Part shown: positions 15,123 to 29,580 of the stretch, piece by piece
How the letters are laid out: each line of letters starts with the position of its first letter
Numbering within the stretch: position 1 is the stretch's first letter
Source of the DNA: the human T2T-CHM13v2.0 reference genome, Homo sapiens
Assembly: GCF_009914755.1 (NCBI RefSeq)
Contig: NC_060927.1
Reading direction: 5' to 3' (one strand)
DNA: 64,000 nt
The notes under the pieces: model-generated
What the model was told of the DNA's origin: nothing
Databases searched by the model: none
Seen by the model: the letters and a program-made list of their open reading frames with translations, nothing else
Position numbers and translations under genes: made by a program

Positions 15123-17667
15123 ATCTTGAGAGTTTTTATAAGAAGAATACCACAATATCATGAGCATATTCCTCAACAACATTCATATATTTGAGGCAAT
15201 GCATTTCATTGCTTCTTAAAGAGTCCCTCAAAACAGAGCTGTTGGTATAACCCTAGATACAATTTAGAAGAAGCTATTCTATGGAAATTGGGAAGAGATT
15301 GACAACACAAAACACATCCAGTTTGCAGCTTTCTGTTGGCTTGACTTAATCCAGAGGTGGATTTGTGTAGTATCTAGAGAAATGATGCACTGCAAACTCA
15401 GGCTTCACCTGCTCTCTCAGCTGAGCTTTTGATAGATATTGAGTAGCAACAACACTTTAGTCAGGGACATTTTTGGTTGGAGGGAACAGAGACTCATATA
15501 AGTTGATGCAAGAAAAAGATGTAGGAATACAGACAGGACTGCCACAATGCAAATATGATAAATAAAGAATAGTTGGGCCCCATAGAAAGTGTATCTGGGA
15601 ACTGCAAAGAAACAAGGCAGCTTCTTTATCAGTCTCTCTTTCTCTGGGCTTATCTAATCATTTCTAACCTCATCTTTATGCTGCTCTTTTCTTTTTTCTA
15701 GGGAGGTATTACCACCATGGCCCAAAGCAGCCACTTGAGCCCTCAGAATTAACAACTCCAGTACTCACAGACAATAAACATCATTCAGTTGAATTGTCCA
15801 ACCCGAAATTCCCAGGAAAAGAAGCTGGCCCAGCTTTCCTTCTTGACCTGCCATAAGCAGCTGTCCAGTAGTGGAGAGATGGCCTTGAATCTTTTGTCCA
15901 AAGACTATGGCTGGAGGTGTGTGAATACTTGGTTCAGATCTCAGGTGTGACCCTTTATCATAAGGGCTGTAAGTGGGCTAGGTTCCAGATGTGACCAGAC
16001 CATCTCTGCAAATGTGGCATGTTACCAAGGTAGCCACACTTAAGAAAACACAGCCCATTGCTCTGTCACGCAGCACAATTTCTGAACAAGGCAAGGTGGA
16101 CCTAACTAATGCAGAATGATCTCTTGGAGGGAAGCAGATAGAGATTTATCTGCTGGTTCCTTTCCCTTTTCTATATCTCCTTTGTCAGAATTAGCCCCAT
16201 AGTGTTACTTACCCTCCACTTTAATTCCTGTTACCTAGGTGCTTGGTGGAGCTGCTAAAAGATAAATTCTATGCTGTGAAGCAGCTTCATTTAAGCCCCA
16301 AAGCAATAATAATTGCCATGGTCCTAACTGATAAAAATTTTTATCACAACTCAGTCCCTAGACCATTTTTCCAATCCGGATCCCATATTCATTGTCTAGT
16401 TAAGAGAAAGTGCCTAATGTCCAAAGTGAGTTTATGTGAAGTCTTTTCTCCTCTTATCTTTTTGCTGTACTTTCTCCCTGTAAAGTACAGCATGGAATGG
16501 GTGATAGGGTGGGTGTCGGGGGAAAGTCATGGATCCACTGTTCCATTCTCATCCCTTTTCCTTGGTCATATCAAAACACAAGACAGTTTACTTGTGTAAT
16601 TGCTCATTTTTTAACATTTTGCCGGAATTTTTCCACCTAATAAAAATATTTAAAAAACAACTAGATCTATCAGTAATCTCTAAAATAGAGTATGTGCAAG
16701 ATGATCCAATAGAGTACAAAAAGAAAATATTCAAATTTTTATTCATGTATTTTTACTTCATTCTTTAAAAAGGTTTATTATTTGTGTATGCTTTAAATGA
16801 TATATAATTTATTAGTACAGAAATGCAGCTACATACTTTATAAATAAATATACATGAGGACATATGCCCAAATTATTTTTTTTCCAGATTGGATGCATGA
16901 TCAAAAGTTTGGAGCCCACTAGTACTGAGACGTCAATGAATGAGCATTACTCGTTTTATATCTATAGAAAAAATAACAGTTCCCATTGAGGGCTTGTGGC
17001 CAATTCTGACTTTAACTTCTTTGGTAGAGCCTGGTCCCATAGTACATTACATTATTCAGCATGTTATGCTTTCAAACCACTTACCCTTTATTTAAATATT
17101 TATTTAGTATGAAATACTAGCAGATGGATTGAATTACGGTAATTTATTTATACGTTTAATTTTGAATCAGAAAGTATGAAACAAGTTCATTATCACCACA
17201 GGGTGATCAAAGACTGGTGCTTTTGAGTATCAGCATATATGAGTTTAAAGAGTTCCCTGGAATTCTTGTTAAAACAGTGAAGTCTTAAACAGAGAACCAG
17301 AAAAGCAGGCATCTGTATCTTGTGATTACTCCATTAGATATATGTACCTCATGACCGGAGATGTGTCATACAGGCCCTCTACATGTAGAACAATTCTTTA
17401 CTTATCTCGATAATCAATGATTATTGATGTGGGTGAGGCTGGAGGTCAAAGGGGACTCCAGGATGACTCTTTGAGTTGTTAGTAAGGGAATGGAGAGGAC
17501 AGAGGCTGGCAGGGCATGGGAAGAAGGGAGGAATGCTGATATCTGTGTTGGCACTTGGCATTTTATTCTTACAAAAATTCTGTAAAGTTAGTGCTATGGT
17601 CCCCATTAGACAAGTCCCTGCATCTCTCAAAGCCTCAGATTTCTTATCGATAGAAGGTCACATTGCA

Positions 17668-18007
<340 letters not shown>

Positions 18008-18527
18008 TCATTCAAAGCCCATGCACTTTCCACTGCGGCATCATTCCTTTCTGATAATGTAGCCCACATGGTGGATGAGTAGATATAATGACAAACTGGC
18101 TCTAAAAGTGTATAAATTATCCCTGACTAAACTCTGTAAAATATGTATTGAGACATTTAGCACATATTTTGGGGGCATTTATTATGCGATAGACACTGCG
18201 ATGTGCTTTTGGTACACAGTAGTAAACAAGAAAAACTCCTTACTCTCAGTCTGGTTGAGAAGACAGCCATACATAATTAAATAATTCCCTAAGTAAGATT
18301 TTTTCATAATCCTAATTGGAATGAAAGAAGTAAAACAGGATGATGTAATAAAGATGCTGACGTGCTGTGTATTGTGGATGGTCAGGGAAGGCCTCTCTGA
18401 GAAGTTTTATTTCAACTTATCCTTTAATGATGAGAAGGGGCCAGCCTTGCAAAGAACTACTGAACAACAAGCACAAAGACTCTAAGGAAGAAGCGAACTT
18501 GCGTGTTTTAGAAAGAACAGCAGTGGG

Positions 18528-18852
18528 GGCCGGGAGCGGTGGCTCACGCCTGTAATCCCAGCACTTTGGGAGGCCGAGGCAGGAGGATCATGGGGTCAGG
18601 AGATTGAGACCATCCTGGCCAACATGATGAAAACCCATCTCTACTAAAAAAAATGCAAAAATTAGCTGGATGTGGTGGCACATGCCTGTAATCCCAGCTA
18701 CTCGGGAGGCTGAGGCAGGAGAATCACTTGAACCAGGGAGTGGGAGGTTGCAGTGAGCCAAGCGGAGATTGTGCTTGGCTACAGAGGAAGACTTCATCTC
18801 AAACAAACAAACAAACAAACAAAAAACAAAAACCAAAACAAAACGAGAAAAC
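18528..18852 (+). mobile_element. Alu (AluSc-like) with (CAAA)n tail
   Basis: Canonical Alu; TSD AAGAACAGCAGTGGG at 18513-18527 and 18853-18867. Confidence 0.95.
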
Positions 18853-21209
18853 AAGAACAGCAGTGGGAATGGAGCACAGTAGAAACAGAAGTGAAGTGAG
18901 AGAAAAGTCAGAGACAAGGCCTTGAGTACTAGGCAGATTTTTTTAATCGGGAAGCATATTTGTTTACATTTCAAGGTGTGATAAGAACCAGGACCATGGA
19001 GACATCTCCAGGTTGCAAGGCTAGACATGGGGGGACAGCTGTCCCTCTTTTTCCTACATAAATGCCCAGATTCATGTAGTCAGGCCCTTTGTCTGCAGTA
19101 AACTCCCTCACATGTATCATGACATTCAGTTTTCACTATATTGCCCTGGGGGTAAGAACTGGGGCAAAGGGTAGCTGGTATGTCCTGTGTATAAGCAAAT
19201 AATAATATGGTCTGCTCTAGAACCCATATGTTGGCATCCAGCATAATACTATCAAATACAGATATTATGCGCTTAATACATAGTATGATTCCTCTTTTTA
19301 CACTAGCATGCTGGCTGCTGTTCAGATAATGGATAAGAAGGAGAAAAATGAAAGCGGGAAATCGGTTAAAAAGCTGTAACAGTAGATCAGGTTTGTGTTA
19401 TGGTGGTGGCAGTAGAAGTGAAAATATTCAAGATCTATTTTGGTGATAGAGTTGACTAAGTTAGCAGATAGAATGAGGGGAAGAGAAATCAAGGTTGATG
19501 CCCAGATTTTTTGCTTGAGAAACCGGGTGGATGCAGGGTCGGTTTCAGAGAGGGAGAAGCCTGAAAGAGGGGCAGGTGGTGAGGGGCAGAGTTAAAAGTG
19601 CAGTTTTCAGTGTGGTGATAAACATCATCCAGCATCATTGTTGGTGGCTGGCCTTTTCTGTGTTTGCCATTTATGCCAGAGAGATAATAGGTAGTTTTTC
19701 TTCATGTTTATTTTTTCTTTTTATGATCTGAAGCTACAGTTCTGTCTCATAGGGCCCTACTGAGTTCCCCTTGTCTTAAATCCTATTAAAATGCCTGGCC
19801 TATGTGACTCCACCCAAATTAATCTGTGATATCCTCTGGAGTCCATCCTCTCAAATCACCTTGAGTACTTTTCCTTCTTGCTGTTCATTCTCCACTGAAT
19901 TCCCATGCCCCCAGATTAAGAAAGTAATCTGATAAATAACTAAAAAATATATTATTTGCGCCCATATATTTATGATTTATTTTTGAATATTCAAAATACC
20001 CTGCTTTAGCCCAAGTTTCGCAGTGATTTTTATGCTGCGATCTTAAAGATTCCTTTATTATGGCTTTATGTGTGTCTGTTTTGCTTAACCGGAACCACAT
20101 TTCCAAGAACTCCTTTTGTTTCCGGGTCAGGACTGGCCACAAGGAAAAAATGAACAAGATCTGGAAGGCAGAAAAGAAGCACCAACTATCTTTATGATTT
20201 GAAGGTGGGTGTGAAACCAGGCTCACCTAAGTTGTCACTGATCTGCTGGTTCACCCTGTTGGCATGGGCTCCTTCAAGTCCTGCTAGATACCCCTGCTTC
20301 TGCTTCTCTGAATCCCTGGCTAGGTATGTGTATGTTTCCTTGGTGAAAAGCGTCAGTTTATGCTGCAAGTCATTTACATGGAGGCCATGAGAAACAACTA
20401 TGAGTTTCATTTTTCTTTGCTGTATCCATTTCGTATGCATCTTTCCTTCTTGATCGTCAGCCCTGCAGACTTCACGCCCAAGAGTAGATGCAGAGGCCTT
20501 AGACTACTTAACACATTCTCATAATTGCATAGAATCTAAACCCTATAATAAATCCCTGGTTTTATATCACTCACAATGGTTCTACTTCCCTAATAGAACT
20601 ATAACTGATACATATGCAATGTAGTATCGCATAGCTAGAGTTTCCATACAGTATAAAAGAATATTAGTTTATTTTTCACTATGATTTTGATTTATATTTT
20701 TATCACATCATATCTCTTTTACCTCTATAGCAGGCTCAAAACTTGCTATAGATTGAAATGCTTACAAAAGAGTAGTTCTATCATTCTTTAGTATTTCTCA
20801 GACTATTACTGTGTCTGATTACTAAGGAACAAAAATGTTTATTTTTATAATTAAGTACATATACATTAATTTTGTTGTACATTTTTTTGCTTTCAACATC
20901 AAATTCTGTTTATGCATGCACGTGTAGCAGAAATTGTTGTGCCTTGTATGAATGTTTTTATAGTCCTTAAAAATAATGGATGCAATATCTGTGGTAGCCT
21001 GACAGTTTAAATAATGTTCCATTGCTCATTTTATTCAACAGATTTCCATTCAGCAGTTCTTAGCGGTATCTACAATATGTCCAGATCAGTGAATTTCTAT
21101 GAGGGATTCAAAAGAAATATAAGACACAATTCCTTCTCTCGTGAAACTTATGGTCTAATATTTACTTTTATAAATAAAGGAGAGATTGAGAGACAGATTG
21201 TGTGAGAGA

Positions 21210-21212
<3 letters not shown>

Positions 21213-21240
<28 letters not shown>
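21213..21240. repeat. (GT)n microsatellite
   Basis: Directly visible. Confidence 0.95.
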
Positions 21241-21490
21241 TTAGGGAAGAAAGGGTTGACTTGTAGCCCTCCCCCAGGGGTGCAGCTTCAAGTAATAACA
21301 GTCCGTATTAGGGCAAGGTGGGTACTGTGGCAAACTGGAGAGCCACTTGCCCCTTCTAATGGCAGTAACAGCTCCTCAACTCCCACCAATGGGGTTACCA
21401 TTTAGGTCAAGTCTCTAGATGTTCTCTTGTTCAAGGGATGCTGTAAATTGGGACAGTTACATGAAAATTCCCACTTAAAAAATATGCACG

Positions 21491-21790
21491 GAGCGGGCAC
21501 GGTGACTCACACCTGTAATCCCAGCACTTTGGGAAGCCGAGGCAGGCGGATCACCTGAGGTCAGGAGTTCGAGACTAGCCTGGTCAACATGGTGAAACTC
21601 CGTCTCTACTAAAAATACAAAAATTTCCCGGGCGTGGTGGCGCACGCCTGTAGTACCAGCTACTCAGGAGGCTGAGGCAGCAGAATCGCTTGAACCTGGG
21701 AAGCAGAGGTTGCAGTGAGCCTAGATTGCGCCATTGCACTCCAGCCTGGGCAACAAGAGCGAAACGCCGTCTCAAAAGAAAACAAAAAAA
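21491..21790 (+). mobile_element. Alu (AluSq/Sp-like)
   Basis: Canonical Alu; TSD core ATGCACGGAG. Confidence 0.95.
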
Positions 21791-22074
21791 ATGCACGGAG
21801 GGAAAACAGCCCGGAGGCTGAATCCTGTCCAACAGTAGTTATAACCCTAGTTTTTCCAACACGAGTAAATATAAAGGCATCTTGCTCCTCTGGAAATAGG
21901 GAGAACCAGACCTAGCTATCTTCTTGAAAAAGAAAAAAAAATACTTCTGCATCCTCTCAACTTAAAACGAAGGAAATAAGATAGTTATCAATCAGCATCA
22001 TTTGGGCATATTGTTATTATTTACTATCATTTTATTAAAATTAATAATAGATTTACTGTAAAAACAGAGCCTGC

Positions 22075-22960
22075 CTTGCGCGTAGCACTCGATAAACGCT
22101 TTTTATTATTCTGCTTGTTGACGCTGTTACCTCTCTTTTGGAGTAAAAGGGGGCGGAATCGCAACAAGACCCCAGGACCCCGTGTGCGCGCGCGTGTCGG
22201 GGGAGCTGACCTATGACAAACATGTGCAGAGCTCTAGTACCCAGCCACGCGGAGGCTGCCGGTTGACAGAAGCGTTGCCGCCCCCTGCCGCCGAGTTCAC
22301 CCTGCCGTCACTGCTGGAAGCCGCACCCCTAGGAAAGGCTGCAAACCCACCCTGCCCCCAACACACCCGCGCTCCCTCTCTGCAGGCCGGCTCCATCCCC
22401 GCCCCCAGGTGGCCAAGCAACACCGCCTTCTAGCTTCCTCCCGACCGGGCGGCGCCTGCAGCTGCCTGGGGAAGGAGCCCCGCAGCAGCGCGAGCGGGTG
22501 GGCGGGGGGTGCGCGGGCCGCAGGGCAGGAGGGAGGGCGCAGGTAGGCGGGCGGGGAGAAGCTAGGCGGCCAGGCCGAGCGGTCGCGCCCAGCCCTGCCT
22601 CTCTCCCTTCTCGACTCACAGGCGGCCTGACTCACTCCTTTGTTTCTGGAAAAGATCTATCTGTACTAGCCCGAGGCGGAATTCACCCCGCCCGCACTCA
22701 TCAGAAATCGTTTGCTTATTCTCTGCGCCCCTCCGTGCTCGCCTGGGACGCGGGCGGAATCCTGACGCAGGCTGTCAGCCGCGGTGACGGGTGACACCGG
22801 GTGAGCAGCCGTCCGCGCCGCCTTCCCTGCGCCGACGGGCAGCGCGGCGTTCGGCGCGCACTGCTGCCCCCTCGTGGCAGGAGCAAGCATCGCAGCAGCG
22901 CCGACACCACCGCCCACCTGCAGCCCGGGGAGCGTCACTTCTGGGTGTTTTTCAAAGGGA
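22075..22960. promoter_or_regulatory. CpG island, not repeat-derived (candidate promoter/insulator)
   Basis: Abrupt GC- and CpG-rich ~0.9 kb in an AT-rich background; GC boxes, three GGCGGAAT motifs, TGACTCA at 22628-22634 and CTCF-like motifs. Confidence 0.9.
22861..22880 (-). promoter_or_regulatory. CTCF motif
   Basis: Minus strand CTGCCACGAGGGGGCAGCAG closely matches the CCACNAGGGGGCAG core. Confidence 0.7.
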
Positions 22961-25293
22961 GCATTTTTACAGCTCCATTCAACTGCTGGGATTAGGAGAT
23001 GTGGCTCCCAGGTTGATTACTAATGAATGAGAAGGGGTGTGGTCTGTGCGTGTATGTTCTTGTGTGCGTGTACGCGTGTGAGAGAGAGAGAGGGAAGGGG
23101 GGAGAACAACTGTAAGAGCATGTTTGTGGTGACAGGATAATGGAGAAGGGAGGAAGGAAGGGGAAAAATGAAAGAGATTAAAAAGCAAGAGAGGCAAAGT
23201 GACAGTGACGAGGGAAGAGAGTGACAGGGAAGGATGCAGAAAGAATGCAGGGAGCAACAGTTTGATGGGAAATGGGAGGGGACTTCTGCATGAGAGAGAG
23301 GTGAGGATTTGACATCCGTGAGAGGTAAAGTTTCATTTTGGTGAAGTGAACCTTGTGAACATTTCAATATACCTCTCTCCTGCTTTACGTCCCATTTTGT
23401 TTGGCAGCTGCTAGAAATGAGTTTCCGTTTTTCTGTCTTGTTTTAATATTCTCATGTCTCCCACATCACTGAGATCATTAGAGGCAGAAACAATTATGTC
23501 ATGCATTCCCTGCATCTGACAGAACCCTCTGTGCGTGCTGGTTTATTAACTCCAGCCTTGCCCCTCTGCCATCAGCTACATCTGCTTTTGTTATTCTGAT
23601 CCACGTTTCATGAGCATGCACACACACACTCTCTCCCTCTCTCCACTGACCTCTGTGGGCTCACTTGTCCTTTGGGAAATAGACCAGTAGCTGCTCAGAA
23701 TCCAAATGTACGTGACAAACACTCTTGAAAAGGCTTCTGCCACCTACTCATCAACAAACAAGCAAAACAAAGCCCCAACAGCCACAAATAGCCACAAAAA
23801 AAGGTTCTTCTGGATCACATCTGTAACTCTTGACCTAATCCTTTCATTTTCCCTAGAAGAACAAAAGAAAGAGAGAGTTTTTGCAGGATCTGTGTTAGGC
23901 TATAGCTTGTTATGGTGGCAAAAAGGTTAAAAGGGATTTTCTATACCCCATTCTTGGTTACTATTTTGCCAACATTACCCCCCACACAAGTATGTGTGTG
24001 GGGGGCCACATTTAGAAAGTCTGGACAGGATGATAAAAATTGTTTTGGCAGAAGATAAATCATTGCATATGGGCGTGGGCAGTAATGCCCAAACTCATTT
24101 ACCGTAACAAATGGTTTCATGAAAATATTTTGGTCAGTACAGCTTATTTTGGCATACTGAGAGGTGGTTGCCTATCTGTGTGATTGCACAGAGAGGATGG
24201 ACATCTTGTGGGTCAGCATTGCTTAATTCATTCAGAGGGAGCTCTGAGGAGAGTGGCCATCCTTCGTGTTTGACCTTCATACTGAGGCGTGCCCAGGGAT
24301 TATTGAGGATAGGAATTCAGTTTGGAGATAAACCATTCTTTCATAATTTTAGTAAATGGATTATGATGCACATAAACAACAAGAAGAGAAAAATGCTTTG
24401 GGACTTCCAAATACAAAACCTTTCTCTGACATGGTTATGTGAGAGGGGGAGAGTTATAATATTTTTGCCGCAATCAGTTGTTCTGAAGTTCAACAGAGAT
24501 AATATAAGTGAACATGCTTTGCAAACTCAGAGGATGCTCCCTGAAGCAAAGGCAAAACAATGCCATAGAGACAAAGGATGTTTGCCACAAGTGTTTCAGA
24601 ACCAATTGACTATGTTATCTCCAAATCATTAAATAATTGTTTAATTATCCTCTTAATATGCGAACATTTACATTTCACTTCCCTAGTTTCCTTTTTATTC
24701 CTCCATGATATGTCTTTCTGCTTGAATCTGTTTAGTGCCTTTGCTTAGGATCCTCCATCAGGGTTTCAGCCAAGGAAGCCCTACTCTTAGTTGGGGTTCA
24801 TTGAAGCTGTGGCCAAGTTGAGTCTACGGTAGCAGTCAATGAGTGCTTCTCAGTTCTCTGCTCTCCTGCTCAGATCTATGCTCCGCTGCTGTGCCCTAAA
24901 GGGAGCTCATCACAAAGAACTTATATGTATCTGTGAATCTAGGTCTTTATGGGATGGGGATGTGAACTGCATTTTCTATTGATAGTAGAAATGCAGTGAT
25001 TTTATATATATATAATATATATATCACACACATATATGTATACTGTGTATATATGCACACACATATCCATATATGTATATAAAATCTCACAGTATGTATA
25101 TTCTCCCACCCTGACACACATCTACCAATGTTTCTTACCCCTACACACAAAATTTATCACTTTATAAGACTCAGTGGTTTGCGTTCATATTTGGAGTGAG
25201 AGTAGAATACATGTCTCCATAGTAACTGTCACCGTAGGGCTGAAAAGTGAGAACATTTAACAAAACCTCACATAGAGCGGTGAACTTGCTCTT

Positions 25294-25691
25294 TGAATTA
25301 GTTTGCTTGGGCTACCAAAACAAAATACCACAGTGCAGCTGGCTTAAACAACAGAAATGTATTTCTCACAGTCCTGCCTGGAGGCTGGAAGTCTAAGATT
25401 AAGATGTCAGCAGGTTCATTTTCTCCTGAGGCCTCTCTCCCTGGCTTGCAGATGGCCACCTTTTCATGGTGTCCTCACATGGCCTTTCCCTTGTGCATGC
25501 ACATTCCTATGTCTCTTCTTCTCATAAGGACACCAAACAGAGTGGATTAGGAACCACTCTCAATTGATTCATTTAACCTTAATTCCCTCTTTAAAGGTCC
25601 TATCTCCAAATAATAGTCATAGATTTTCTAAGGCACTAGGGGTTAGGGTTTTGACATAGAAATCTGGTAGAACATAAATTAGTCCCTAAGA
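25294..25691 (-). mobile_element. MLT1 MaLR solo LTR
   Basis: GGCTTAAACAACAGAAATGTATTTCTCACAGT...GGAGGCTGGAAGTCTAAGAT, a reverse MaLR LTR. Confidence 0.8.
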
Positions 25692-26457
25692 TTCTCCAAG
25701 CATATTCTCATGGGCTACTGAGAGTAGTCTTCCAGGTTCCACAGGGATAGAGAAGTCTATATCAGAAACAACACTCATATTAGACCCAGAAGTCCCAGAG
25801 ATTGGGTGCTGGAGTCCTATTATTCAGCTGGCTGTGTGATCTTGAGTCAGAAAGTTAATTTTCTGAGTCTCAATTGGCCTTGCCTGTGAAACACGAGCTG
25901 TTAGTGTTTTGCCATGATTATTAATTATGATTACATGTAATTGTTAGTATTCGGTTGCCTAAGATAGCTGTATGAAGAAGTTCTGTGAAATGATATGTAC
26001 TGCTTCGTTGCATAGCATTTTTATAATCTTCTGACTGGCAACTTTTCTTAGTGTTTGGGAGCTAATGTAGTGTTTAAGAGCAATGTCTGTAAAGGCAGAC
26101 AGATCTGAGTTTGAATTTCAGTCCATTTACTTCTTGTCTTAGCCAATTTTGTTAATGAACAGACATTTTTTGGCTTATGGTTGTGAAGGCTGGGAAGTCC
26201 AAGACTGAGGAGCTGCACCTGGCAAGGGCCTTCTTGCTGCATCATCCTCCTTTTATAACCAACCCTCTCCATGAAAACTGCACTAATCCATTCACCCTCA
26301 TGACCTAATCACTTCTCATTAGGCCCCACCTCCCAACACTGTTACTTTGGGGATTAAGTTTCCAACACGTGCCTTTGGGGGAATAGATTCGAACCATAGC
26401 ACTTCCTAGAGTAATTAATTTTAAAAGATCCATTTTCTTTTATGTAAAATAGGACTA

Positions 26458-26837
<380 letters not shown>

Positions 26838-29580
26838 TTATCATCATCATTAATTTATTTCTGTAAACTCTTCCCCTTTCCTCTTTCCTCTTAGCATAAT
26901 TGAACTTCCACATGGAGGTCTGTTCTACTCCTGATTCGAGTTTTGTAAATAATCTTTGTGGTATTCTTTTGTGCCAATGACAGCAGTTTATTCTTCAGTT
27001 GATCTTTTTGCCTCTTCTTCTTTTCCCCCAGCCAGCTTTCAATGGTTATAGAGCTTTAGCCTTCTGTGAAGATAGAAAAAGCATTCATATACTTTCCTTT
27101 GCAGATCTATCATCTCCTTTCCATTAAAGCAATCCCTTGATATACCACATACTCGAGTCTTAGTCATTTCTTTCAATATGCAATGCTGACTTGTTGGCAT
27201 AATTTCATCTCACTTACACATTTTCAAACACATTCTTCTCAACCTGAAGTCTGAGTAAGCTGGTAGCAATGAAGACAAAAACAGTATTCACCTTCAATCA
27301 CCATAGTGTCCCAGCCCCTAGCTCAGTGCCAGCCAAATAATAAGAACCCACAAATATTTGGGTAATGAATGAGTAAATGGGCTGTGTGTTGACAAGAGAG
27401 TAGCTGAAACGCTAAACTCATTTGTTTTTTAGTGACAGTTACTAAGTGGGGAGAATTCCAGGGGGAATAATGATGGAGGACAGTGTGGAGTCTAAAGCCA
27501 ATGTGTGTGTGTGTGTGTGTGCGTGTTTGCGTGCATGTGTGTGTGAGAGAGAGAGAGAGATGTTCAGAGATTAGCAGGAAGTACAGTTCAGAATCAAATA
27601 GCTTAAAGGAAAAGGAGGGATTGGGACATCACCCATGGTAAAGGGTTCTGAGAAGCTACCCTATTGATTCATAGAGGGTGTTCAGAGTCCCGTGTTTTAG
27701 TGACCCCAGTTCCACCTAGACCCAGCTCCAGGCATAATATGTTTGACAAAATGGCAGGACAGTGAAAGGGTCATTAAAGTACTTTATTTGTATCATGAAA
27801 AGATTGACTTATAAATCTTCATTAAATATTTGCCTTCCTAGCCAGACATAAGCTCCATAAAGACAGGCGCTGGCCCTCAGGGAGCAAGTGAACTGGCATG
27901 GTGCCTGGCGCCCAGCAGTTCCTTCATGAAGATTTCAGAATGACCAAGTGAGTTGAATGCACAGCCCAGGCATCTGTGTTTTCACACCTCTCCAGGGTCT
28001 GTTCCATTATTCACGTAGAAAAACCTGTTAACTATTGTGAAGCAGCCTTGTATCTGTAGCTGCCACACACTTCTCAATGACCTTCCCTTTCCAAGTTGAG
28101 TTTTGCACCATGTCAACAAGTGGCAGCTTTCTAGCATCAAATTGTTTGTCCAGGGTTATCAGCATTACTTTCTTTTCTTGTCCTCACTACAATACACATG
28201 CCCATCTCAAATCAGTTCCATTGTTACTTAGGTAATAGTATTGTAGGGTGTCTTTACTTCAGAAAGAATGATATATTTAGCAAATGTTACAGATATAGGA
28301 GGTTTTAAGTGGGACTAAATGCAGCAATTAATGCTAATGAGTCTGCTGTTAGCATGTAATATTCTTGGTGTTATAATCATGCATCACTGAATGCGAAGCC
28401 TCAGTTTGTGCAACAGATGCCGATCTTAATGGCTATATTCTCTTCCCATGGATAAGCTAGCTTTAGTTAAATGAATCATTAAGAATAACCATTTAAAATG
28501 TTAATGAAAACAGTGATTATAACCACCAAGATTTTTTTTTTAACTTCTGGCTCTATTACTTTTTATTTTCGAAAGGACTTTGGGAAGGTAAGAAACTTAT
28601 TGCCTGTGTATGTTGTTTTAAACAGAGAAGGCCGATACAGTTTCTGTTCACAGCAGCCCTGAGGCCGCATGCCTGTATTATTAACACCAACCGTACTTGG
28701 AGACTAACTCTCTTTTGTTCTCATTTGTCATTTCTTTTAAATATTCATTTAGGGTATAAGACAGAATTGGGTAAGTAGGATCCTTGACAGTCCAACTAGT
28801 TGGTAAACAAATATTTTGTCTTCCTGAAAGTATCATTATACTATCGCAAATTAAGACTGAAAAGGAAAAAAATACCAGGATGTTGATATTTAAGAATAAA
28901 TACTTTATCTTTTCAGAACAACAATAAGAAGGCTGGTTTAGGCTTTATCGCTGGAAAATGGAGTTTGTGAAACAAAGAAGTAATAGATGCATAGCAAGAG
29001 CTCAGTGTCCTTCCACATTGTGTCACCGGTTGTACCCTGAGACAGATTCTCCAAGTCTTAGAACATGGATATGCAGTGAGAGTGAGGTTTACGTAGAAAA
29101 GTCTTTGTGTCTTGGGAGTGCCATGTGTATTGAATGTCTATGACTCATGTCTCCCCTTGACTCACTTCTTGGCTGGGCTACATGACTCATCAGGCCTGGT
29201 AGGTTCAGGGCAGTGTAGCTGGTGGGGAAGGGCTAAGTGAAGAGGGGCTGTCTAGACCTGGGGAGCATGGTTATAATGAGCTTTTTCAAACGTACAACTC
29301 AACTCTCTTGCACCTAGGAAGTATCTTCATCCAGAAGGAGTTCTCAGTCCTTTTTCTGGTGAGTTGTCTTGATTCTGGAAAATATGTTTGTTTTTCTTTG
29401 AGAATTGGCCCAAATATTAATATATCTGGGTAAATCAATGCTGCTTGAAGGCTCTGTAATCTCATGATTGTTAATATAGAGCCTGGGGTTTATATATTAA
29501 GAATAGTAAGTGCAGGTTGAGTTAATTGTCTAAGAGACAGAAAATAGGAATGTTCATAGTCCAAGGACTTAAAGTCCAAG

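Noticed and set aside
22182-23030. Overlapping Arg/Pro/Gly-rich ORFs in the CpG island
   Set aside because: All frames are similarly open because of GC content, and nothing resembles a known protein.
24168-24632. 154-aa ORF
   Set aside because: It has a non-ATG start, includes MIR-like sequence and shows no domain or exon structure.
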